Assembly (NCBI GenBank): GCA_017882185.1
Contig: JADGQA010000003.1
Span: 1-46,424 of the forward strand
Direction: 5' to 3'
Length of the DNA: 46,424 nt
Source of the DNA: Bacteroidota bacterium
GTDB lineage: Bacteria; Bacteroidota; Ignavibacteria; UBA10030
Below, one piece after another: positions 19,685 through 27,925 of the stretch. Each line of letters begins with the position of its first letter. The first letter of the stretch is position 1. Below the pieces are notes generated by a model that was given only the letters and a program-made list of their open reading frames with translations, did not search any database and was not told the origin of the DNA. The position numbers and the translations under genes are program-made.

Positions 19685-21322
19685 TCAATCCTCTTTCATG
19701 AATGGATAGCGGTAGTCTCTTCGTGGAATGAAGTTTTCTTTGATCGTCCTTGGCGATACCCAGCGTCCCAAGTTCAAATAACTTCCCGCCTTATCGTTCG
19801 TCCCACTTGCTCGAGCACCTCCAAACGGCTGCTGAGCAACCACTGCACCCGTAGGTTTGTCGTTGATGTAGAAGTTGCCCGCCGAGTTCACCAAAATTCT
19901 GCTGGCCAAAATGATGGCGCGCCTGTCTTGCGCAAAGATCGCTCCTGTCAGACCATATATCGACGTCTCATCGCACACGTGAAGCGTTTCCTCATACTTG
20001 TTGTCGTCATAAACATAGACGCTCAGCACTGGCCCGAATATTTCCTCCTCCATCGTCTTGAATTTCGGGTTTGTCGTCTCAATGATTGTCGGATTGATGA
20101 AGTATCCTTTTGAATCGTTCGAATCACCACCCGCAATGATCTTCGCCTCGTTCGACGCCTTCGCGTACTTGATATATCCTGTTATCGATTCGAACGCATT
20201 CTTATCGATGACGGCATTGTTGTAATTGCTGAAATCCGTTACGTCTCCCGTCTTGAGTGTTTTCAATTCTCCAACCAGGTATTCCTTGAGAGCGGGCCAG
20301 AGCGATTTGGGAATGTATGCGCGTGAAGCAGCCGAACACTTCTGTCCCTGATACTCGAACGCGCCCTGGATCAATGCGATGGCAAGCGCGTGCGCGTCAG
20401 CGCTCGGATGGGCGAAAACGAACCCCTTCCCGCCGGTCTCTCCCACGATCTTCGGATACGATTTGTACTTCGGAAGGTTTTCAGCAATTGTCCTCCAGAT
20501 CTGACGGAATACTGCCGTACTGCCGGTGAAATGAAGCCCGGCAAAGTGTGCAGAGTCGAGGACTGGGTTTCCAATCTTCGAACCTGATCCCGGAATGAAA
20601 TTGATGACGCCCGGAGGCATGCCCGCAGCCTCAAGGAGCTTCACAACATAGTACGCCGAATAGACCGCCGTCGATGCGGGTTTGAAGAGTGTCACATTCC
20701 CCATCATCGCAGGCGCACCGGGCAGATTCGCACTGAACGACGTAAAGTTGAATGGTGTCACCGCAAAGACGAATCCTTCCAGTGGACGGTACTCCATCGT
20801 GTTCCACATTCCCGCAGGTGAATGGAGCGGCTGCTCGTGATAAATCTTCGTCGCATAGTATGCATTGAAGCGGAGGAAATCCGCAGTCTCACACGCCGCA
20901 TCGATTTCAGCCTGATGCACATTTTTGCTCTGGCCCAGCATGGTAGCCGCATTAATAATATCCCGCCATTCGGTCAGAGTCATCATGTCGGCCGCTTTAA
21001 GAAAAATAGCAGCCCTCGACTCCCAATCCATTTGCGACCACATCCTATACGCTTCGAGCGCCGCAACGATCGCCATCCCGACTTCCTTTTGCGATGCCCT
21101 GTGAAATTTGCCGACAACGTGTTTGTGGTTGTGGGGCAGCACAATATTCTCAGTATCGCCGGTTCTGACTTCTTTTCCCCCAATGATCAAGGGAATATCA
21201 ACCTGTTGATTCTGCATTTCCTTGAGTTTTGTCTTGAGGGCTAACCTCTCCGGTGAACCAGGTGCGTAGGTTTTCACCGGTTCGTTCTGAGGGACGGGCA
21301 AATGGACAGCAGCATTAACCAT
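19685..21322 (-). CDS. pruA: L-glutamate gamma-semialdehyde (P5C) dehydrogenase
   Basis: NEPV..YAPGS, AEIDAACE, PFNFT, FTGS, GETGGK, FEYQGQKCSA, EEIFGP, QQPFGGARASGTNDKAG. Confidence 0.96.
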   Translation of the reverse strand: MVNAAVHLPVPQNEPVKTYAPGSPERLALKTKLKEMQNQQVDIPLIIGGKEVRTGDTENIVLPHNHKHVVGKFHRASQKEVGMAIVAALEAYRMWSQMDWESRAAIFLKAADMMTLTEWRDIINAATMLGQSKNVHQAEIDAACETADFLRFNAYYATKIYHEQPLHSPAGMWNTMEYRPLEGFVFAVTPFNFTSFSANLPGAPAMMGNVTLFKPASTAVYSAYYVVKLLEAAGMPPGVINFIPGSGSKIGNPVLDSAHFAGLHFTGSTAVFRQIWRTIAENLPKYKSYPKIVGETGGKGFVFAHPSADAHALAIALIQGAFEYQGQKCSAASRAYIPKSLWPALKEYLVGELKTLKTGDVTDFSNYNNAVIDKNAFESITGYIKYAKASNEAKIIAGGDSNDSKGYFINPTIIETTNPKFKTMEEEIFGPVLSVYVYDDNKYEETLHVCDETSIYGLTGAIFAQDRRAIILASRILVNSAGNFYINDKPTGAVVAQQPFGGARASGTNDKAGSYLNLGRWVSPRTIKENFIPRRDYRYPFMKED

Positions 21323-21529
21323 GATTTCCTTTCAATTCAATTTGGATCGATATGGATTGGAAAACAGCGGATCTACTCCTGCAAATCACGTTCAAGAACA
21401 AGATAAACCCGCCAAAAGTTCAAATTATTGATTCGATGTTTGAGTCCCTGAAATTACCTGTTCGAATTGCGCACGGAATGATTTCTCCACAAGAGCCTTC
21501 TTTCGTGTACGGAATCAGCCGGCTATCAT

Positions 21530-22201
21530 TCAGCGTTGCGATTTTTTGTAGTATGCACAGACAGGATTGACGAGACATTCATTGCATCGCGGATCTGTCG
21601 GTCGACAGATCTCCCGTCCAAGGAAAGAAAAACACATTCCCGCATCATTCCAATATCCTTGCGGAATAACTTTCATGAGTTTCTGTTCAATTTTTTCCGG
21701 CTTCACTTCGTTGGTGATGCCAAGGCGCGGCACCACACGCAACACATGAAGGTCGACAATGATGCCTTCCGCCTTGTCACCCGATTCCCGGATTATGACG
21801 TTGGCAGATTTTCGACCGATCCCCGGAAGGCTTGTCAGCCCTTCTATCGTTCTTGGAATTCGCTCGTCCTCGCCGACTTCCGAAGCGATATCGACGAGCC
21901 ATTTTGCCTTTTTCTTGCTGCTTCGTACGGATCTGATCGTCTCATACAAATCCTCCGGTTTCGCGGTCGCCAGTCGTTTCAATGTCGGATATTTCTTAAA
22001 GAACGCAGGGGCGAGGGCATTGATCCGATCGTCCGTCATCTGGGAAGACAGAATGACAAGCACGATGAGTTCATAACGGTTGTGATAGTCGAGAGGGTGT
22101 TTTTTCCCCCGGTATTTTTTGAAGAGTGGAAGCAGTGCGGAAATCCAATCGGTTTTTGTCCGCTGTTCTCTGCCGGCATTCGATCCATTCTTCCTTTTCA
22201 T
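21530..22201 (-). CDS. nth: Endonuclease III
   Basis: HhH motif LPGIGRKSA, VDLHV, Fe-S motif C-x6-C-x2-C-x5-C. Confidence 0.93.
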   Translation of the reverse strand: MKRKNGSNAGREQRTKTDWISALLPLFKKYRGKKHPLDYHNRYELIVLVILSSQMTDDRINALAPAFFKKYPTLKRLATAKPEDLYETIRSVRSSKKKAKWLVDIASEVGEDERIPRTIEGLTSLPGIGRKSANVIIRESGDKAEGIIVDLHVLRVVPRLGITNEVKPEKIEQKLMKVIPQGYWNDAGMCFSFLGREICRPTDPRCNECLVNPVCAYYKKSQR

Positions 22202-22237
22202 GGTTTCGGTCCAAATTGTGGGAGATGGAAGGAAAAT

Positions 22238-23164
22238 CTATGCGATGGTGTCGTTCTCAGTGATCGATAGGAAGTAGTCCTCCAGCGACCGACGGGGTAT
22301 GATCGCGTGGATTCTGACGCCACCGTTCACAAGTGCCTTCGTCAGGAGGGGAATCATTTCAAAATCCGTCGTCACCTCAAACGCACCACCTTTTTCCTTG
22401 AATTTTCCGACCAGTTGTTTCTGGCCCCGAAGAACAGCAGTCACTTTGGCTTTTGGTTCTGCTCTAAGAAGGACATACTTTTCGCCTTGATCCAAGAGTT
22501 GCTGGACGTTGCCCTGAACAACCATTTCACCTTTGTTGATAACGGCCATGCGCGTCGCCACCAGCTCGATTTCGTTCAGCAAATGGGACGACAGGAAAAT
22601 CGTTTTCTTCTGATCGCGCGCCAGGTGTAACACCAAATCGCGGACTTCCTTCATGCCTTGGGGATCAAGGCCATTCGTGGGTTCGTCAAGTATTACCAAC
22701 TCGGGATCCGATAGCAGCGATTGTGCGATTCCGAGCCGCTGCTTCATCCCGTGTGAGTACGTCTTCACTTTGTCGCGGGCTCGAGGGAGAAGTCCAACGA
22801 GATCCAGCACCTCTTCAATTCGTTTTCGAGAAACTCCATCATTGAGTGCTCCCACGATTTCAAGATTCTTGAATGCAGAGAGATAAAGGTAGAAATCTGC
22901 TTTTTCGACGATTCCGCCCACAGAGTTCAATGCGCGTTCACGTTCTCTCTTCAAAGACTTTCCGAAGATTACTACCTCCCCTTCCGTTGGAGTGATCAGT
23001 GAAAGCATCATGCGCATGGTCGTGCTCTTGCCCGCGCCATTGGGACCCAGGAACCCGAATACGTCGCCCCGGCGTACTTCGATATTGATGTCGCGGGCAG
23101 CCCATCGATTCTTGAAGCGTTTGCCGAGATTCTTTGTTTGAAGTATCGTTTCCAGATTCTGCAT
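22238..23164 (-). CDS. ABC-2-type (BcrA-like) transporter ATP-binding protein
   Basis: GPNGAGKST, YSHGMKQRLG, LDEPTNGLDP, SSH, SLEDYF. No permease nearby. Confidence 0.9.
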   Translation of the reverse strand: MQNLETILQTKNLGKRFKNRWAARDINIEVRRGDVFGFLGPNGAGKSTTMRMMLSLITPTEGEVVIFGKSLKRERERALNSVGGIVEKADFYLYLSAFKNLEIVGALNDGVSRKRIEEVLDLVGLLPRARDKVKTYSHGMKQRLGIAQSLLSDPELVILDEPTNGLDPQGMKEVRDLVLHLARDQKKTIFLSSHLLNEIELVATRMAVINKGEMVVQGNVQQLLDQGEKYVLLRAEPKAKVTAVLRGQKQLVGKFKEKGGAFEVTTDFEMIPLLTKALVNGGVRIHAIIPRRSLEDYFLSITENDTIA

Positions 23165-23185
23165 TGGATAGACAATTCGGAGGAA

Positions 23186-23274
23186 ATGACGCCAAGAAAG
23201 TAATGAATCGCGTCACTCAAGTCAAGCCAACAGAAGGCGGGAATGACCGGATGAGGAATTGACGAGAAGGCTTG
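23186..23274. repeat. 89-bp imperfect direct repeat, copy A
   Basis: Ungapped manual alignment to 25733-25821 gives 76/89 identical. Confidence 0.9.
23197..23225 (-). promoter_or_regulatory. Putative sigma70 promoter of the ABC ATPase-nth genes, inside repeat copy A
   Basis: Minus strand reads TTGACT-17 nt-TACTTT, about 30 nt upstream of ATG 23164. Confidence 0.55.
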
Positions 23275-23318
23275 AAGCAGTCGAACGAACATGTCTCGAT
23301 GATAAATCTGAGTGGTCC

Positions 23319-23354
23319 TAGCCCCGGGTTTCCGATGCAGTTCGAAGAATAGAG
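23319..23354. repeat. Highly degenerate copy of the tRNA-3'-end/palindrome unit
   Basis: 25/36 ungapped matches to 25971-26006. Confidence 0.5.
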
Positions 23355-23365
23355 TACCCGATTGA

Positions 23366-23403
23366 GTCATTGCGATCCCGACGAGGTCGGAAGAAGCAAT
23401 CTC
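23366..23403. repeat. GTCATTGCGA...GAAGCAATCTC REP-like element with an internal TCCCGAC-gag-GTCGGAA hairpin
   Basis: Sequence gtcattgcga-tcccgacgaggtcggaa-gaagcaatctc; the flanks match a widespread short palindromic repeat type. Confidence 0.6.
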
Positions 23404-23440
23404 ATTCGTACGTTCTGACGTAAATGGCAACTCACCAGAA

Positions 23441-23895
23441 GTGGAATTGAATCAGGAAGCAAGCCTGAAAATCCTCAAGTGTGTGTATCAAGGCCAGAAT
23501 AACTACGGAAAATTATTATTGTGTTCAGTGGCGGATCTTGATACCGATGAAACAAAAGTTTCTTTGCTCCCGACGAAATTCATTCGATTATCCAGGACCA
23601 GAAGCTCGGAGTCGGCAGTGGGTTCTTGCTGAAGCGTGTTCAGAATGGCAAGAAGGGCAACTCGAAGTTCAAATCGTCTATTCTGGAAAAAGCTGCGGAA
23701 CCTGTGCAGCCGAATGGAGACAATGACAAAGAGTTGCTTCTGTGTTGTGTTCGTGATGCCGCTGATATCGTGAAAGAGACACGTATTCAGTTTTCGAATG
23801 ATGAGCTGCAGAAACTGGCAACGACGCGGTTCATCCCTGGAACAACGCTAGTTGGTTCAAACCACGTCTATCCATCACTATCGGGGATAAAATAG
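23441..23895 (+). pseudogene. Frameshifted hypothetical gene remnant (~150 codons)
   Basis: Frame 1 (23441-23632) overlaps a second frame open 23551-23895. A shift at the A-run 23554-23557 joins ...DETK to SFFAPDEIH...; a terminator follows. Confidence 0.4.
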
Positions 23896-23910
23896 AAACA
23901 TCTTGAAGTG

Positions 23911-23937
23911 AGAGCGCGAAGTTTGCGCTCTTTTTTT
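23911..23937 (+). terminator. Intrinsic terminator
   Basis: agagcgcga-agt-ttgcgctct hairpin followed by a T run. Confidence 0.75.
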
Positions 23938-24009
23938 AGTTGTTCTCAAATATGGGAATGTTACTGGCAATCACATTGACATTCATCGACTTTTTGTATT
24001 TTATTGTGT

Positions 24010-24103
24010 TTACGTAATCGGGTCCAGCGGGATTAGGACTATTGAACAAGGACATCAGGATGAAAGCCTCCTGAATCGCGAATGCGATGAAGGAGGCTTT
24101 TTT
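24010..24103 (+). ncRNA. Candidate ~95-nt GGA-rich small RNA
   Basis: TTGACA at 23976-23981, AT-rich -10 region, four GGA motifs at 24030-24060, strong terminator, no ORF. 5' end is approximate. Confidence 0.3.
24063..24103 (+). terminator. Intrinsic terminator
   Basis: aaagcctcct...aggaggcttt stem with inner atcgc/gcgat pairing, then ttttt. Confidence 0.75.
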
Positions 24104-24384
24104 GTTTCTCTCGGCGCCAGAGGCATACTTCCCACGACAGGTAGCCAATGCTTGAACGGGGGAAATCTAACTTCACATTGGCACCGCTACAGGGGGCTGG
24201 TCACAAATCCAAGGTAGCATAGAAACCTGTCGAACCGGACCCGAACGACACGATAGAGAATCACATTGTAGGTCTGGTTCATAGAAATTTTGACCAGCGT
24301 GAACACTCTTGTTGGCTCTATCCTAGAATTAGATGTCCGAAGCGTGAGTTGCACGATCGAGGAACACTTAAAAGAGGTATACTA

Positions 24385-25038
24385 GTGAGAAAAACCAGAA
24401 TACTCATCATTGAAGATAATCGCGTCTTGCTCGATGGTATCTCAGCAATGGTCAATGGACAAACGGATATGCATGTCGTGGCCACCATCGGAAGCGGCAA
24501 TAATATTCTGCTGAAAGCGAGCCAGAGAAAACCTGATGTGATTCTTATGGACGCTGGACTGAAGAATCTCAAAGAGTCGTCGGTTGTAGAATCGATAAAG
24601 AAACAAATGCCGGATGTGAAAGTGATAGGAATGGGATTTGTCCCGACACAACTGGACATCGTTGAGTTTGTAGAGGCCGGGGCATCGGGTTTTATTCTGA
24701 AAGATGCCACGGTAAAAGAATTTCTCGGTACTATTCGATCTGTGGCACACGGAGCAAAAATTCTTCCTCCTTCACTGGCCGGGTCGCTTTTTTCTTTTGT
24801 TGCCGAACTCGCTATCAAGGAGAGGAAGGGGAAAATAGCCGATGCCGTGCGAATGACAAAACGAGAGCGTGAAATTATCGTTCTGATAGCCGACGCTCTG
24901 AGCAACAAGGAAATTGCCGAACAACTCAATATCGCCACCCACACTGTGAAAAGTCATGTGCACAATATCATGGAAAAATTGGCATTACACAGCCGTCTTC
25001 AGATTGCACAGCACGCCAGCGACGAAAAGACATTCTAA
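24385..25038 (+). CDS. NarL/LuxR-family response regulator (orphan)
   Basis: IIED, DVILMD, GASGFILKD receiver; MTKRERE..NKEIA..L.IATHTVKSHVHNIMEKL HTH. GTG 24385 follows AGAGG. Confidence 0.92.
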   Translation: MRKTRILIIEDNRVLLDGISAMVNGQTDMHVVATIGSGNNILLKASQRKPDVILMDAGLKNLKESSVVESIKKQMPDVKVIGMGFVPTQLDIVEFVEAGASGFILKDATVKEFLGTIRSVAHGAKILPPSLAGSLFSFVAELAIKERKGKIADAVRMTKREREIIVLIADALSNKEIAEQLNIATHTVKSHVHNIMEKLALHSRLQIAQHASDEKTF

Positions 25039-25418
25039 CCCCATTCCGACCATCCCTCTCACGAGCAACACGGCCGATTCCTAAGCGAGAAATGCAGTCG
25101 AACAGTCTGAGCGCTCTTTGTGGTTATTGTGTTTGAGGCCAGGTTCCCAACCGAGCATCCAACATCACCTCTTACCGTCGCGGAACGATTCGCAAGCCCG
25201 CAGGACGACCTTCGGCAAATCTCAGCCAGTCTGGCACTCATCGCTACGAAGCGCACTTCATCATTGAAAATGGATTAGGTCCTTTTTCATCCGTTCGGCC
25301 TATTATTTGTCAATCCGGCATCGATATACTTGTTCACGTTGCGTTGGGGTTTTTCGTCCCTTCATCGACCGAAGGGAACCTTTACTTATGAACACTTGAA
25401 AGAAAAGAAGCTTGCACA

Positions 25419-25736
25419 ATGAACTGGGATTGAGTTGAAGGACAATGGAAGCAACGAAGAGGAAAAGCGATGTACCATTGGGGCAAAGTAATGAACGACG
25501 AGCTCGCCGCCATCTCAGGGAAGTTTGAGAAACTTGTTGGAAGGCTTCAAGAGAAATTCGGCATTGCTAAAGAAGAGGCCAGGGAACAGATTGAGGAATA
25601 AAAAAAGAGCATCGAGAACCTAAAGAAGTCCAATGTCAACCTCGTGAGATTGCAGGAATCATTGAGCAAGAAAGAAAAGAAGTCGGACAGGAAACCGGCG
25701 AAATCAAAAACGAGTATGTCGAAGGTCCGGATATGA
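25419..25736 (+). pseudogene. csbD: CsbD-family stress protein pseudogene
   Basis: Manual translation MNWD*VEGQWKQRRGKAMYHWGKVMNDELAAISGKFEKLVGRLQEKFGIAKEEAREQIEE*KKSIE...; in-frame TGA 25431-25433 and TAA 25599-25601. Confidence 0.8.
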
Positions 25737-25821
25737 CACCAAGAAAGCAATGAATCGCATCACCCAAGTCAAGCAAACAGAAGACGGGAATGGCCGCATG
25801 AAAAACTTACGAGAGGGCTTG
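25733..25821. repeat. 89-bp imperfect direct repeat, copy B
   Basis: 76/89 identical to 23186-23274; the putative -10 box is changed to TGCTTT. Confidence 0.9.
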
Positions 25822-25837
25822 TTCTAACCGGAGAGGT

Positions 25838-25889
25838 AGTGACCTTGGCGTCCCGATGCAACTCGATACATTGGGAAACGCGCAACCTA
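25838..25889 (-). repeat. Degenerate tRNA-Arg 3'-end copy with a palindromic replacement in the T arm
   Basis: agtgaccttggcg-[tcccgatgcaactcgatacattggga]-aacgcgcaaccta versus tRNA agtgaccccggcg-cgaatcg-aacgcgcaaccta. Confidence 0.85.
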
Positions 25890-25968
25890 TGGCATATCCC
25901 GCCCAAGAGCACCTGGATTCTGAAAACTTCAAAGTCGCTCGCACAAAACACTCGCGGGAAGTTTTCGA

Positions 25969-26093
25969 AGTGACCCCGGCGTCCCGATGCAACTCGACGC
26001 ATCGGGAAACGCGCAACCTACAGTTCCGTGACACCTTCGGTGTCACGAGAATCCTCGTCCCGACTTTCGTCGGGACGGGCCTTAGAAGGCTGT
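25969..26093 (-). repeat. tRNA-Arg 3'-half copy interrupted by palindromic inserts
   Basis: Exact tRNA blocks at 25969-25981, 26008-26023 and 26081-26093, separated by a 26-nt hairpin and a 57-nt double hairpin. Confidence 0.92.
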
Positions 26094-26101
26094 CTGCACA
26101 G

Positions 26102-26175
26102 TGACCCCGGCGCGAATCGAACGCGCAACCTACAGCTTAGAAGGCTGTTGCTCTATCCAATTGAGCTACGGGGTC
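26102..26175 (-). tRNA. tRNA-Arg (anticodon TCT), CCA not encoded
   Basis: GACCCCG/CGGGGTC acceptor stem, D arm GCTCAATTGGATAGAGC, anticodon arm ACAGC-CTTCTAA-GCTGT, T arm GCGCG-TTCGATT-CGCGC. Confidence 0.97.
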
Positions 26176-26483
26176 AAAGAAAATTGCGGATTTTCAATTG
26201 TCGATCTACGATTGCAGAACAGCTGTCACTCTTTCCATCGTGTACGTTGCCATTTTGGATATTCGTCGGGATACTCCCCAAAGGGGTCCTCCGGACAAAA
26301 TCACAGCCACTCACAAGAATCGTTCGTGGGTGATTTTGGTAAATATACGAAAGGAATGGTTCGGAGGCAAAGATGGAGCATTTCTTTGACGCAACTCCAG
26401 GAAAATTGCGTAAGATCTGTTGGCGGTTGTCGCGATAATCGAGGAAGAGATACAAGGATGACGACGGAGGTAACGATTGTCCC

Positions 26484-26870
26484 CTACTCGAAATCCCCTG
26501 TGAAAGTCCAGTTGGATGCCTTTCCATTCATATCGATATCGGCGACCATCGTGTCTGTGGAATCCAACGAGGAGACGCCGGTGACCTGCAGTGTTTGGGG
26601 ATTCAGGACAGATGCGGCGTATCGACCGTTCAGGTTCGAACGGTATCCTTTGGGGAGGGCGTATCCGTCAAATTTGTAGCCGCCTCCTCCTAATGCCGGA
26701 ATTCTTCTGTGGTATCGCACAGCATTGATGGCAATGTGATGGAGGTCGTCAATCATTGCTTTCTTGTTGGCGTCGATATCATCCGCCCGAAAGAATCCCG
26801 TCCCTGTGAGAATCGCAATACCGACGATGAGCACGCTAATTGCAATGATGAGCAGCTGGCTTTGTCCCAT
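26484..26870 (-). CDS. Major pilin-like protein, copy 2 (MGQxQ type, no leader)
   Basis: N-terminal hydrophobic helix then amphipathic helix, R.PALGGGG motif; 85/128 aa identical to 33367-33753. Confidence 0.75.
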   Translation of the reverse strand: MGQSQLLIIAISVLIVGIAILTGTGFFRADDIDANKKAMIDDLHHIAINAVRYHRRIPALGGGGYKFDGYALPKGYRSNLNGRYAASVLNPQTLQVTGVSSLDSTDTMVADIDMNGKASNWTFTGDFE

Positions 26871-27313
26871 ACCCGGATTCTATTGTTATTGACCCTGCGT
26901 GTCCGTACCTCTGCGGTATGATACCCTTCAATGTATATGCCACAGAACCATGTTTGATCACTGTCTGAAATCATGCGAGAACAGAGGCGCTCCCTTACTT
27001 CATCAGATGGTCGAATCCCATTTATACTTCAACGTGTGCATCAAATTACCTTATTACCTCTTCCGAGGACATTAGAATTTCTCACGCGTTTTTCAAAAAC
27101 CCGCACGGGTATGTAGGGTTCGAATCTTACGATGTCGTCGACAACGGACCATTGGATTGTCGCCTACGGGAGACAAGTTGTTAGTGCTGGGCGATTTGCG
27201 CCTTGGGTGATCCTTGCTTAGGATTACAAACGCGGCAGAAAGAATTAATGGAGGCGAAATACGAAATGCACGATCCTGGGGGAAGTTGATGCCTGTTCAA
27301 AGACTCTGTCGCG

Positions 27314-27354
27314 AAAAAGAAAACCCCCACCGACTGGCGTCGACGAGGGTTCTC
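27314..27354 (-). terminator. Intrinsic terminator closing the pilus/cargo transcript
   Basis: Minus strand gagaaccctcgtcgac-gcca-gtcggtgggggttttc (16 bp including G-U pairs) followed by T5. Confidence 0.7.
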
Positions 27355-27392
27355 CTCTAGAATATTTTGCTTAACCGACTATTCCGAGTTAA

Positions 27393-27803
27393 TCAACCCG
27401 GCCCAAAGAAAAACACGTCAATGATAACCGGGCTGGTCACATCCATGAGTGTCAGAGTATATGGTTCACTAGTAAATGTTTCGAAGTTGCCGTCGACAGT
27501 AAGCAAAAAAGAAACACCCACATTGGGTATAATAAGCCACGATGCACTTTCTCCGCTTGGAACGGAAGTTGGACCATCAACTGACCCAAGACTTGGGTCA
27601 TAATTAATCGTGATCGGTATGTCATTGGTCACGAGGACATCACCGTGCGCGAGATGCGCGGGGACTGCCTCAGGTGCCACGACGATAATATGTCCGTTGT
27701 GCACTAGTGCAACTTTGTCCTTCTTATCCCCCGCGTTCGAAGAAACATATCCGAAGATGCAAAGAACAAGAAGTAGAGAAAGCAACTTAATGAAGTGTTT
27801 CAT
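27393..27803 (-). CDS. Secreted protein with AHLAHGD His motif and a divergent InlB B-repeat-like domain
   Basis: ATG 27803 follows GAAGGAG; signal peptide MKHFIKLLSLLLVLCIFGYVSSNA; HNGH..V.PEAVPAHLAHGD; GSV....VPSG.SASW.I.PN.G....VDG.....YT...VT. Confidence 0.65.
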   Translation of the reverse strand: MKHFIKLLSLLLVLCIFGYVSSNAGDKKDKVALVHNGHIIVVAPEAVPAHLAHGDVLVTNDIPITINYDPSLGSVDGPTSVPSGESASWLIIPNVGVSFLLTVDGNFETFTSEPYTLTLMDVTSPVIIDVFFFGPG

Positions 27804-27870
27804 CGAAGTACTCCTTCTGTTAATGAGGCATTCCTTCTCACTCCGGGTGCGATGAGAGGGGCTTGATATA

Positions 27871-27899
27871 AAGATACAAAGACACTCGAACAGGAGCAA
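27871..27899 (-). promoter_or_regulatory. Putative promoter for the 27803 gene
   Basis: Minus strand reads TTGCTC-17 nt-TATCTT. Confidence 0.45.
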
Positions 27900-27925
27900 G
27901 AGAATTTGATTAGTAACCCACTAAG

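Noticed and set aside
23203-23262. Short peptide MNRVTQVK... repeated at 25750 as a conserved small ORF
   Set aside because: The stops differ between copies and there is no RBS; conservation is explained by the DNA duplication and a minus-strand promoter.
25431-25433. TGA in csbD as selenocysteine or recoding
   Set aside because: The position is not a Cys site, TGA is a normal stop for many genes here, and the gene lies in a decaying islet.
25838-26148. Possible CRISPR array (repeats about 131 nt apart)
   Set aside because: The repeats are tRNA fragments, few and degenerate, with long spacing and no cas genes.
26028-26679. ORFs overlapping the tRNA (26028-26333, 26101-26679, 26174-26527)
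   Set aside because: They overlap the tRNA and/or the pilin gene and have no protein-like features.
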